Shown in pieces: positions 9,909-20,243 of a stretch of DNA of 64,000 nt (positions are counted from its first letter, which is position 1; each line of letters opens with the position of its first letter). Under the pieces are notes generated by a model that did not search any database, was not told the origin of the DNA, and saw only the letters and a program-made list of their open reading frames with translations. The stretch comes from Rhabdothermincola salaria (GTDB lineage Bacteria > Actinomycetota > Acidimicrobiia > Acidimicrobiales > Acidimicrobilacustridaceae): contig NZ_JAJQXW010000001.1 in NCBI RefSeq assembly GCF_021246445.1, forward strand, positions 248,001 through 312,000, in the 5' to 3' direction. Position numbers and translations under genes: made by a program.

Positions 9909-10594
9909 CGGGTCGCTGGTCGATCGAACAGCTGGCCGGCGCCGCCGGCCCCTTCCACGGACGCGACCCGTCCGATCCGCCCCGGCGCGAGATGTGGGTG
10001 TTCACGGTCGACCGTCCGGCGCTGGTGCTCGGCTCCACCCAGCCCGCCACCGACGTCGACACCGGTGCCGCCGAGCGTCTGGGGGTGGACGTCGTGCGTC
10101 GGCGCAGTGGGGGAGGTGCGGTGCTGCTCGACCCCGGGGCGGTGGTGTGGGTCGACGCTGTCGTGCCCCGCGACGACGAGCTCTGGCACGACGACGTGGG
10201 GCGGGCGTTCGCCTGGTTGGGGCAGCTCTGGGCCCGGGTGCTGGGCGACCTGGGGGTGCCGCCCGACCAGGTGGCGGTGCACGAGGCCGGACTGGTGACG
10301 ACGCCGTTGTCGCCGGTGGTCTGCTTCGCCGGGCTCGGGCCCGGTGAGGTCACCGTCGGCGGGGCCAAGGCGGTCGGGATCTCCCAGCGACGGACCCGGT
10401 CCACCGCCCGCCTGCAGTCTTCGGTGTTGCTCTCGTGGGATGCCGAGCGCCAGGTCGCCCTGCTGGCCCCGGGACTGGCCCGGGTGGCCGGCTCGGCGGG
10501 CGCCCGCCACCTCCGCGACCTGCCGGTGGCGCCGATGACCACGTCGACGACGACAGACGTCGTCGACGCGGTCCTGGCCCGTCTCCCGAGCTAG
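9905..10594 (+). CDS. Lipoate-protein ligase A family (catalytic domain only)
   Basis: 'LVLGSTQ', 'VRRRSGGGAV', 'KAVGISQRR'; GTGA overlap with the HNH stop. Confidence 0.85.
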   Translation: MTGRWSIEQLAGAAGPFHGRDPSDPPRREMWVFTVDRPALVLGSTQPATDVDTGAAERLGVDVVRRRSGGGAVLLDPGAVVWVDAVVPRDDELWHDDVGRAFAWLGQLWARVLGDLGVPPDQVAVHEAGLVTTPLSPVVCFAGLGPGEVTVGGAKAVGISQRRTRSTARLQSSVLLSWDAERQVALLAPGLARVAGSAGARHLRDLPVAPMTTSTTTDVVDAVLARLPS

Positions 10595-10974
10595 TCGGGG
10601 GTGCTGGCGTCGCGCAGCGACAGCTTCCAGGTGCGGAAGCGGGTGTGGCGTTCGCCGTCGGGGCCGAGGCCGTCGCCGTTGCCGTCGGCGTCGAGGGCGA
10701 AGAACCAGCGGTCCTCCGGATCGGCGACGTTGACCGCGCAGTAGCGAGCCGGTTCTCCGGCGGCCCGCCCGGCCCGCCACAGCAGGTAGTCGTGGATGCG
10801 ACGGATGTAGGTGACCAGCTCCACCCCGATCTCCTGGCCGAGGTCGCGGACGAACGGCGGGGCCTCGATCCAGCGCGTGGCGGGGATCATCGACTCCCTC
10901 TGGGGCAGCGGGGGCAGGTCGGCGGTGTGGACGTCGTGGTCGATGGGCGGGCGATCCTCGGTGGGGGTGGACAT
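10591..10974 (-). CDS. Hypothetical protein
   Basis: Good coding pattern, SD-like GAAGGGA upstream, Trp/Tyr-rich ('YLLWRAG', 'RFRTWK'). Confidence 0.7.
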   Translation of the reverse strand: MSTPTEDRPPIDHDVHTADLPPLPQRESMIPATRWIEAPPFVRDLGQEIGVELVTYIRRIHDYLLWRAGRAAGEPARYCAVNVADPEDRWFFALDADGNGDGLGPDGERHTRFRTWKLSLRDASTPD

Positions 10975-11113
10975 CGCGTGGTCCCTTCGTGGGTGGCTCC
11001 GGCGCTCCGGTGTCCCGGCGGTCCGGTTCGGTGGCTCCCTCCCTGGTTCCTGCATGGAATCGGCGCCTCGGGGAGCGTCGAGAGCATGCGAGAACGCGTC
11101 TGGAGGGGGAGGG

Positions 11114-11824
11114 CTAGGTCAGGTTGGCGAAGGCCTCGGCCCGAGCGGTCTCGCCGGCGACGAGGATGGTGTCGCCCTCGCCGACGACGGTGTCGGGCGT
11201 GGCGTAGGTGAAGACGCCGCCGGCGGGCTTGATGCACACGACGGTGACGCCGTAGCGGGACCGGAACATCAGCTCGGTGAGGGACTTGCCCAGCATCTCC
11301 GTCGGCGCGGTGGTCTCCACGAGGGCAAACCCCGGGTCGAGCTCGAGGTACTCCATCATCCGACCGGTGACGAGGTGGGCGACCCGCTCGCCCATCTCGG
11401 CCTCGGGGAAGACCACGTGGTGCACGCCCACCCGTTCGAGGATGCGGGCGTGCGGTTCGGTGATGGCCTTGGCCCAGATGTCGGGCACGCCGAGGTCGCC
11501 GAGTGCGGCGACGGTGAGCACGCTGGCCTCGATGCCCGTCCCGATGCCGACGACCGCGATGGGGAACTCGCCGGCACCGAGCTGGCGCAGCACGTCGGCG
11601 TCGGTGCTGTCGGCCTCGACGGTCTGGGTGAGCAGCCCGCTGTAGCGCTGGACCAGGGCGGGGGAGGTGTCCACGCCCAACACCTCGTAGCCGAGGCCCA
11701 TGAGGCTGGTGGCGAGCGACGCGCCGAAGCGCCCGAGACCGATCACGAGGACCTGGTCGGCGGTGGAGTGGCGGATGCCCGCGGGCCGTCGGCGGGGCAT
11801 GCGGGGCATCTGGTGCTCAGCCAA
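11114..11824 (-). CDS. ktrA: Trk/Ktr K+ uptake NAD-binding RCK subunit (KtrA/TrkA)
   Basis: 'VIGLGRFG' Rossmann motif, 'VVFPEAEMGERVA', C-terminal RCK_C; TTG start overlaps the ktrB stop (start uncertain). Confidence 0.9.
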   Translation of the reverse strand: MAEHQMPRMPRRRPAGIRHSTADQVLVIGLGRFGASLATSLMGLGYEVLGVDTSPALVQRYSGLLTQTVEADSTDADVLRQLGAGEFPIAVVGIGTGIEASVLTVAALGDLGVPDIWAKAITEPHARILERVGVHHVVFPEAEMGERVAHLVTGRMMEYLELDPGFALVETTAPTEMLGKSLTELMFRSRYGVTVVCIKPAGGVFTYATPDTVVGEGDTILVAGETARAEAFANLT

Positions 11825-13154
11825 TGATCGGCCTTTCCTGGGGGAGTCGGTAGAGGCGCCCACGCTCGCGCAGCACGAGCGCGGCGAACAGGGTGATGGG
11901 GCCCACCCGCCCGAGGAACATGAGCACCACCAGCACCATCTGGGCCGGGGTCCCGAGCTCGCCGGTGATGCCGGTGGAGAGCCCGACCGTGCTGAAGGCG
12001 GAGAGGGCCTCGAACAGCGCGGGGCCGATGGTCACGTCGGCCAGCACCACCAGCGCGAACGTGGCGGTGATCACGGCTCCGACGGCCAACAGGACCAGGG
12101 CCACGGCCTGACGTTGGGCGGTGTCGGGGATCCGGCGACCGAAGGCGTTGACGTCGGGGTCGCCGCGGACCTCGGACCAGATCACGAACCCCAGCAGGGC
12201 GAACGTGGTGACCTTGACGCCGCCGGCGGTGGAGGCCGAACCGCCGCCGATGAGCATCAGCGCGTCGGTGACGAGCCAGCTGCTCTCGCGCATGGCGCCG
12301 TAGTCGAGGCTGTTGAAGCCGGCGGTCCTGGGCATGACCGCCTGGAACCAGCCGGCGAGCACCTTGTCCGGTCCGTCGAGGGCCCCGAGGGTGGCGGGGT
12401 TCGTCCACTCGGTGGCGCTGAGCAGCACCGTGCCCACCACCAACAGCAGCAGCGTGGTGCCGACGGTGAGCTTGGTGTGCAGCGCCCAGCGACGGGGTCG
12501 GGTGAGGTGCTCGCGCAGGTCGAGCCAGACCGGGAAGCCGATGCCGCCGGCGATGACGGCCAGGCCGATGGTGACGATGAGCCACCAGTCGGTGACGAAG
12601 CCCATGAGGCTGTCGCTGAACAGGGAGAACCCGGCGTTGTTGAACGCCGAGATGGCGTGGAACAGACCCAGGTACACGGCGCGTCCGACCGACACGTCGC
12701 CGTCGGCGTAGAACCTCCAGGAGAGCACGACGGTGGCCACGCTCTCGAACAGGACGGTGAAGGCGGCGACGCCGATGAGCACCCGGCGGACGTCGCCGGG
12801 GTCCATGGTGCCGGTCTCGGCCTGGGCGAACAGCCGTTGGCGCAGCCCGAGCCGGCGGGAGAGCGTCAGGGCCACCAGCGACGACAGGGTCATGATCCCG
12901 AAGCCGCCCAGCTGGAACAGCACCATGATCACGACCTCACCGAACGTGCTCCAGTGCGTCGGGGTGTCGACCACGACGAGCCCGGTGACGCACACCGCGG
13001 ACGTGGCGGTGAAGAGCGCCTCGCCGGGGTTGGTCACCGATCCGGACTCGGTGGCGAAGGGCAGCATCAACAGCACCGTGCCCACGGCGATGGCGGCGCC
13101 GAAGGCGATCACCACCATGCGGGCGGGGGAGAGGGCTCGACGGGCGAACGGCAC
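11817..13154 (-). CDS. ktrB: Trk/Ktr K+ uptake membrane subunit (KtrB/TrkH)
   Basis: Pore motifs 'SAVCVTGL', 'SAFNNAGF', 'PRTAGF', 'SAFSTVGLSTG', 'GRVGP'. Confidence 0.93.
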   Translation of the reverse strand: MPFARRALSPARMVVIAFGAAIAVGTVLLMLPFATESGSVTNPGEALFTATSAVCVTGLVVVDTPTHWSTFGEVVIMVLFQLGGFGIMTLSSLVALTLSRRLGLRQRLFAQAETGTMDPGDVRRVLIGVAAFTVLFESVATVVLSWRFYADGDVSVGRAVYLGLFHAISAFNNAGFSLFSDSLMGFVTDWWLIVTIGLAVIAGGIGFPVWLDLREHLTRPRRWALHTKLTVGTTLLLLVVGTVLLSATEWTNPATLGALDGPDKVLAGWFQAVMPRTAGFNSLDYGAMRESSWLVTDALMLIGGGSASTAGGVKVTTFALLGFVIWSEVRGDPDVNAFGRRIPDTAQRQAVALVLLAVGAVITATFALVVLADVTIGPALFEALSAFSTVGLSTGITGELGTPAQMVLVVLMFLGRVGPITLFAALVLRERGRLYRLPQERPIIG

Positions 13155-13328
13155 TCCCCACTTCCTACTCCGCCAGGGGCCCTGCTGTCGCCATCGTCGA
13201 CGGGGCGGCCCCGGCCGCCGGCGCCCGAGGTCGCGCCCGTCGTCTCCGGGGCCCGCGCCCTGCGTGGGCGGGGGTGCACGTCGGGCGGTGGACCCGGCGG
13301 GGCGCGACGGGGGGTGAGGTGTGGACAG

Positions 13329-13382
13329 GTGGGGGGAAGTGGCATACAGTGGGGCCTCGTGGGGCTCCGAGGGGGCCGGTGG
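13329..13382 (+). promoter_or_regulatory. MraZ-binding direct repeats (GTGG every 10 bp) overlapping the dcw promoter
   Basis: GTGG at 13329, 13339, 13349, 13359 and 13379, with degenerate GAGG at 13369; -10-like TACAGT at 13345-13350; immediately upstream of mraZ. Confidence 0.8.
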
Positions 13383-13396
13383 AGAGGTCGTGGAAC

Positions 13397-13819
13397 GTGT
13401 TCGTCGGGACGTTCGAGCATTCGCTCGATGACAAGGGCCGAGTGGTCCTCCCGGTCACGTACCGCAACCACCTCAACGGCCAGCGGGGCTACATCTCGCA
13501 GTGGGACCTGTGTCTCGGCGTGTGGACCGAGGAGGGCTTCCAGGACGTGGCACAGCGACTGACCCAGAAGATCAGGGAGGGCCAGGCCCCCCAGGAGGCC
13601 ATGCGGGCCTTCTCGTCCAACGCCCACGAGGTCAGCGCCGACTCGCAGGGCCGCATCACCATCCCCCAGCGCCTCCGGGAGTTCGCCGGACTCGACCGCG
13701 ACGCCGTGCTCATCGGCGCCATCGACCGCATCGAGATCTGGAACCCCGAGCGCTGGACCGACCAGTCCTCCGCCGCCGACCACAGCCTCGTGAAGGCGGT
13801 CACCGCCCTCGGGCTCTGA
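13397..13819 (+). CDS. mraZ: Transcriptional regulator MraZ
   Basis: 'FVGTFEHSLDDKGRVVLP', 'DSQGRITIP', 'DRIEIW'; first gene of the dcw cluster. Confidence 0.95.
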   Translation: MFVGTFEHSLDDKGRVVLPVTYRNHLNGQRGYISQWDLCLGVWTEEGFQDVAQRLTQKIREGQAPQEAMRAFSSNAHEVSADSQGRITIPQRLREFAGLDRDAVLIGAIDRIEIWNPERWTDQSSAADHSLVKAVTALGL

Positions 13820-13873
13820 CCACCTGCCCGCCATGTCCCCGCTCACCGCCACCCGACCGAAGGACCCCGCCCA

Positions 13874-14049
13874 CCGACACCTCTGTGCACACCGCTGCGG
13901 TCCGCTCACCCGCAGCCTCTCGGATCACACGATGGAAGGCCCCTACTCCGCCCGCTTCCCATCGAGCCCAGTCGGGGAGACATCCCGGCGGGCGACCGTG
14001 ATCCGAGGGGCTGCCGATGAGCGGGCCCGGTCGGTGCCCTGCGTGTCGG
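13874..14049 (+). ncRNA. Candidate structured cis-regulatory RNA upstream of rsmH (mraW RNA motif-like long hairpin)
   Basis: Nested complementary arms 13874-80/14043-49, 13899-908/14018-27, 13912-28/13998-14014 and 13949-55/13988-94; CTTCCC at 13955-60. Confidence 0.6.
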
Positions 14050-14060
14050 GCCGCACCGTC

Positions 14061-15035
14061 ATGGACCACCGCCCCGATCCCCGCTTCGCCCACCAGCCGG
14101 TGATGGCCGACGAGATCGTGGCCCTGTTCGCCCCGGTGGCCGCCGGCTGGGTGGTCGACGCCACCCTCGGCGGGGCCGGCCACGCCCGGGCTCTGCTCGA
14201 CGCCCACCCGCAGGTGCGGGTGCTCGGGATCGACCAGGACCCCTCGGCGCTCGAGGCGGCCCGGGCCCGGCTGACGCCGTTCGGCGATCGGGTGCGCACC
14301 GTGCGGGCCCGCTTCGACGCCCTGCCCGAGGTCGCCGACCGCACCCTCGACGGGGCCCCGGTGGTCGGGGTGCTCTTCGACCTCGGGGTGAGCTCGCCCC
14401 AGCTCGACCGGGCCGAACGGGGCTTCAGCTATCGCCACGACGCCCCTCTCGACATGCGCATGGACCCCGACGCAGCGCGCTCGGCGGCCGACGTCGTCAA
14501 CACCTACCCCGAGGCCCGCCTGGCGGCGGTGCTGCGGGAGCTGGGCGACGAGCGCTTCGCCGCCCGGATCGCCAAGGCCGTCGTCGCCGCCCGTCCGGTG
14601 GCCACCACCGGCCAGCTGGCCGAGTTGGTGCGCGATGCCATCCCCGCTCCCGCTCGCCGGCGCGGCGGGCACCCGGCCAAGCGGACGTTCCAGGCCCTGC
14701 GCATCGAGGTCAACGACGAGCTGGGCATCCTCCCGGCCAGCATCGACGCCGCCATCGACCTGCTGGCTCCGGGCGGCCGCATCGTCGTGCTCGCCTACCA
14801 CTCCGGCGAGGACCGCATCGTCAAGGCCCGGTTGCGCTCGGCCGCCACCGGGGACTGCAGCTGCCCACCGAGTCTCCCCTGCGTGTGCGGGGCCACTCCC
14901 ACGGTGCGCCTCCTCAAGCAGGGCGCGTGGAAGCCGACGGCCGACGAGATCGCCGCCAACCCCCGGGCCGAGAGCGCCCGTCTCCGTGGTGCCGAGCGGC
15001 TGGCCGCCGCTGACGTCCAGGGAGCACCGTCGTGA
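14061..15035 (+). CDS. rsmH: 16S rRNA m4C1402 methyltransferase
   Basis: 'HQPVM', 'DATLGGAGH', 'DLGVSSPQLD', 'RTFQALRIEVN', 'YHSGEDRIVK', 'NPRAESARLR'. Confidence 0.97.
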   Translation: MDHRPDPRFAHQPVMADEIVALFAPVAAGWVVDATLGGAGHARALLDAHPQVRVLGIDQDPSALEAARARLTPFGDRVRTVRARFDALPEVADRTLDGAPVVGVLFDLGVSSPQLDRAERGFSYRHDAPLDMRMDPDAARSAADVVNTYPEARLAAVLRELGDERFAARIAKAVVAARPVATTGQLAELVRDAIPAPARRRGGHPAKRTFQALRIEVNDELGILPASIDAAIDLLAPGGRIVVLAYHSGEDRIVKARLRSAATGDCSCPPSLPCVCGATPTVRLLKQGAWKPTADEIAANPRAESARLRGAERLAAADVQGAPS

Positions 15036-15460
15036 CCCCCCCGCCCTCCGCCGCGGCCGCCGCTCCCCTCGCCCGGGGAGGCGTGGCGGCCCTCCCGCAG
15101 CCGGCGCGGACTCCCGAGCGCGACCCGCGCCCCGATCTCCGGGTCGTCCACCGGCGTCGCCGACGGTGGCAGGTCGGCACGGTGGCCGGCATCGTGCTGT
15201 TCGCCTCGTTGTTCGCCGTCGCCGGCTTCCAGACGCTGATCGTGTCCCAGCAGAAGCGGCTCGACGACCTCACCGACCGGATCGCGGTCGAAGCCGACCT
15301 GGCCCGCGAGCTCGACGACCAGCTCGCCGAGCTCGAGAGCCCCCAACGCATCACCGAGGCCGCGCGCGACCGGCTGGGCATGGTCTCGCCCCCGGGCGTC
15401 GTCTACATCCAACCTCGACCCGACGACGACGCCCGCGCCGCCGAGGTGCCCGGGCGGTGA
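15032..15460 (+). CDS. ftsL: Cell division protein FtsL-like
   Basis: Single TM, coiled coil and 'ESPQRITEAARDRLGM'; lies between rsmH and ftsI. Confidence 0.75.
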   Translation: MTPPPSAAAAAPLARGGVAALPQPARTPERDPRPDLRVVHRRRRRWQVGTVAGIVLFASLFAVAGFQTLIVSQQKRLDDLTDRIAVEADLARELDDQLAELESPQRITEAARDRLGMVSPPGVVYIQPRPDDDARAAEVPGR

Positions 15461-17760
15461 CACCTCCGGGCCCCACCGCGCCTGTCCACGAGTCACCGAC
15501 CCGCCACGCCCCCTGGAACGACCCGGCGGTCATGGGTGAGCGGGCTCGCCGCCCGCGGCCCGCGACCCGCGCGCCGGATCGCAACCGTCGGTCGCGCGCC
15601 CGCGCCGGTGCGGCGGGCGACGAGGGACGGACGTCGACCTCCCGGCCGGATGGCACGACGCGTTCCGACACGGCGATCGAAGGGCGCGCCCGCACCCGCT
15701 CCACACCCGCCTCCCGCAGTGGGCCCGTCCGCGTCGGAGGTCGGGGTGGGGTCGGCGCCGCCGCCCCGCACGACCCTCCGGGAGCGCGTCGACCGCACGT
15801 CCCCTCGCGGGTGGGTGAGGTCCTCTCCCGCCGCCTGGCGGCGGTGCCCGAGGGGGGCCGCCGGCGACGGGCCGCCCGCCGATCGGTCCACGTCGGCGCC
15901 GGCGCCCCGCCCGACCACCGTCGCCGCCTCCTGGCCGTGCTGGCGGTGGTGGGGCTGCTGTTCGCGATCGTGGCGTCCAAGGTCATCGACCTCCAGGTGC
16001 TCAACCCCGACCGCCACCTGGCCTGGGGCGTGGCCCAGCGCTTCGACACGACGGTCCTCGCCGCCGATAGGGGGGCCATCCTCGACCGCAACGGCGCCGA
16101 GCTGGCCGTCTCGCGTCCGACCCGTTCGGTCTTCGTCGACCCCGAGCTGATCGAGGAGCCCGCCGTCGCCGCCTCGGCGGTCGCGCCGCTGCTCGGGCTC
16201 GACGTCGACGAGGTCACCGCCGAGATGGCCGGGGAGGGGCGCTTCGCCTACCTGGCCCGCAAGGTGTCGGCCGACGTCGCCGACCGCATCGCCGCACTGG
16301 GGTTGGCGGGGGTGGCGTTCCTCGACGAGAGCGAGCGGTACCTGCCGGCCGGTGACTCGGCCCGCTCCCTGCTGGGCCAGGTCGACGTCGACAACCAGGG
16401 CATCTCCGGCCTCGAGGCCCAGTTCGGCGACGTGCTCACCGGCACACCCGGGGAGATCCGCTACGAGCGAACCCCGGAGGGCCAGACCATCGCCGTGGGC
16501 GAGCGCGACGTGGTGCCGGCGGTGCCGGGCGACGACCTGATGCTCACCCTCGACCGGTCGATCCAGTTCGAGGCGGAGCGCCTCCTCGCCGAGCAGGTCG
16601 CCGCCGTCGACGCCCAGGGTGGTATCGCCATCGTCAGCCGGCCCGAGACCGGTGAGATCCTGGCCATGGCCAACGTGGTCCGTGACCCCGACAGCGACGA
16701 GGTCGTGATCGGCACCAACAACGCCGCCCTCACCACCCAGTACGAGCCCGGGTCGGTGATGAAGCCGGTCACCATCGGCGCCGCCCTCGAGGACGGCCAC
16801 GTGGAGCCCGGCAGCGAGCTCTACCTGCCGTCGACGCTGCCCATCTACGACTACGAGATCCAGGAGGCCGAGCCCCGCGGCCCGGTCACCTGGGACGTCA
16901 GCCAGATCCTGGCCGACTCGTCCAACGTGGGCACGGTGAAGATCGGCCAGATGCTCGGCCCCGACCGGCTCCACGGCGCCCTGCGCAGCTTCGGGCTGGC
17001 CGAGCCCACCGAGCTGGGGTTCCCCAACGAGGCTCCGGGCGCCCTCCCCGACCCGTCGGACTGGTCCGGCACGTCGCTGGCCACCATCGCCATCGGCCAG
17101 GGCGTCGCCGTGTCGCCGCTGCAGATGCTGCTGGCCTACAACGTGATCGCCAACGACGGTCGCTACGTGGCCCCCAGCCTCGTCGCCGCCACGGTCGACG
17201 GCGACGGCGTGGAACGGCCCTCGGCTCCGCCCACCCCCCGCCAGGTCATCACGCCCGAGACCGCCGCGGAGCTCAACGTCATGATGCGCAGCGTCGTGGA
17301 GACGGGCACCGGCCAGCTGGCGGCCATCCCCGGCTACGAGGTGGCGGGCAAGACCGGCACGGCGTGGAAGCTGCAGGACGGCGGCGGCTACGAGGACGAG
17401 CTGGGCGTGCGCCAGTACCAGTCCACCTTCATCGGGTTCGTGCCTGCACAGCAGCCGGCGCTGTCGGTCTACGTCATGATCGACGAACCGTCCGGCTCGC
17501 GCTACACGGGAGGGGCCACCGCCGCTCCGGTCTTCTCCAAGCTCGGGAGCTTCGCCCTGCGTCGCCTCGGCATCGCCCCCCCGGCCACCGACAGCGCCAA
17601 CGGAGGTGCGGTCGTCGACGGCGGCGTCGGCCCGGCGGCCGCGCCCGGCGTCGAGGCGGTCGGCGAGGTGGGCGAGGACGGTCGTGTCCGCGCCCTGCCC
17701 GCCGGCACCCCGGTGGCCCCACCGAGCACCGTCCCGCACGGCGCCCAGGCCGAGGAGTAG
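15457..17760 (+). CDS. ftsI: Class B penicillin-binding protein (FtsI/PBP3)
   Basis: 'RGAILDRNG', SxxK 'EPGSVMK', SxN 'SSNVG', 'GKTGT'; long Arg-rich N-terminus, start uncertain (GTG 15457 or ATG 15532). Confidence 0.92.
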   Translation: MTPPGPTAPVHESPTRHAPWNDPAVMGERARRPRPATRAPDRNRRSRARAGAAGDEGRTSTSRPDGTTRSDTAIEGRARTRSTPASRSGPVRVGGRGGVGAAAPHDPPGARRPHVPSRVGEVLSRRLAAVPEGGRRRRAARRSVHVGAGAPPDHRRRLLAVLAVVGLLFAIVASKVIDLQVLNPDRHLAWGVAQRFDTTVLAADRGAILDRNGAELAVSRPTRSVFVDPELIEEPAVAASAVAPLLGLDVDEVTAEMAGEGRFAYLARKVSADVADRIAALGLAGVAFLDESERYLPAGDSARSLLGQVDVDNQGISGLEAQFGDVLTGTPGEIRYERTPEGQTIAVGERDVVPAVPGDDLMLTLDRSIQFEAERLLAEQVAAVDAQGGIAIVSRPETGEILAMANVVRDPDSDEVVIGTNNAALTTQYEPGSVMKPVTIGAALEDGHVEPGSELYLPSTLPIYDYEIQEAEPRGPVTWDVSQILADSSNVGTVKIGQMLGPDRLHGALRSFGLAEPTELGFPNEAPGALPDPSDWSGTSLATIAIGQGVAVSPLQMLLAYNVIANDGRYVAPSLVAATVDGDGVERPSAPPTPRQVITPETAAELNVMMRSVVETGTGQLAAIPGYEVAGKTGTAWKLQDGGGYEDELGVRQYQSTFIGFVPAQQPALSVYVMIDEPSGSRYTGGATAAPVFSKLGSFALRRLGIAPPATDSANGGAVVDGGVGPAAAPGVEAVGEVGEDGRVRALPAGTPVAPPSTVPHGAQAEE

Positions 17761-17766
17761 ACGGCA

Positions 17767-19208
<1,442 letters not shown>

Positions 19209-19212
<4 letters not shown>

Positions 19213-20243
19213 TCCGCCTGCTCGTCGCCGCCGGCGTGGCCCTGGCCGTGTCGCTGATCGGCACCCGCCTGCTCATCACCGCCCTCGAGCGCCGCCAGAT
19301 CGGCCAACCCATCCGGGAGGACGGGCCCGAGGGCCACATCACCAAGGCCGGCACCCCGACGATGGGCGGCGTGGCCATCGTGCTGGCCGCCACCGTCGCC
19401 TGGGGCATCAGCGACCTCTCGGGCGCCGTCTACACCCGGCGAGGTCTGCTGTGCATGGCCGCCATCTTCCTGGCCGGGGTGGTGGGTCTCGTCGACGACG
19501 GGCTCAAGGTCTTCCGGGAGCGCAACCTGGGCCTCAACAAGCGGGCCAAGATCCTCGGTCTGCTCACCGTGGCGGTGGGGTTCTCGGTGAGCATGTTGGT
19601 GTTCACCAACGTGCAGACGACCATCTCCTTCACCCGCTACGACTATCCCGGCTTCGAGCTGGGCGACATCGGGTGGGCCGTCTTCGCGGTCGTGCTGATC
19701 CTCGCCACCACGAACGCCGTGAACCTCACCGACGGGCTCGACGGCCTGGCGGCGGGCTCGTCGATCTTCGCGTTCGCGGCCTACACCGTCATCGCCTTCT
19801 GGGGCTTCCGCCACGAAGGCGTGTACGGCAACGAGAGCTTCCTCGACACCGCAGTGGTCGCCGCGGCCATGCTCGGGGCCTGCGCCGGGTTCCTGTGGTG
19901 GAACGCGGCCCCGGCGAAGATCTTCATGGGCGACACCGGGTCGTTGGCGATCGGCGCCGGCCTGGCCGTCCTGGCGCTGTCGACCAACACCCAGCTGCTG
20001 TTGCCCATCGTCGGTGGTCTGTTCGTGATGGAGACGGTGTCGGTCATCCTCCAGGTCGGCAGCTTCCGGCTCCTCGGTCGCCGCGTCTTCCGCATGGCCC
20101 CTCTCCACCACCACTTCGAGCTGGGTGGTTGGCCGGAGACGACCGTCATCATCCGCCTGTGGATCGTGGCTGGCTTGTTCACCGCGCTGGCGCTCGGTCT
20201 CTACTACGCCGACTTCGTCCGCCTCCCGGGGACGATCGACTGA
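19209..20243 (+). CDS. mraY: Phospho-MurNAc-pentapeptide transferase
   Basis: 'KAGTPTMGG', 'NAVNLTDGLDGLA', 'FMGDTGSL', 'MAPLHHHFE'. Confidence 0.97.

Noticed and set aside
13155..13320. c-di-AMP (ydaO) riboswitch upstream of ktrB
   Set aside because: Conserved ydaO sequence blocks were not recognisable; only GC-rich chance pairing
13833..17760. Long N-terminal extensions or fusions in the ORF track (RsmH 400 aa, FtsI 1041 aa; likewise MurD 721 aa, FtsW 899 aa, MenA 707 aa)
   Set aside because: Artefacts of longest-ORF calling; real starts lie downstream, mostly at stop/start overlaps
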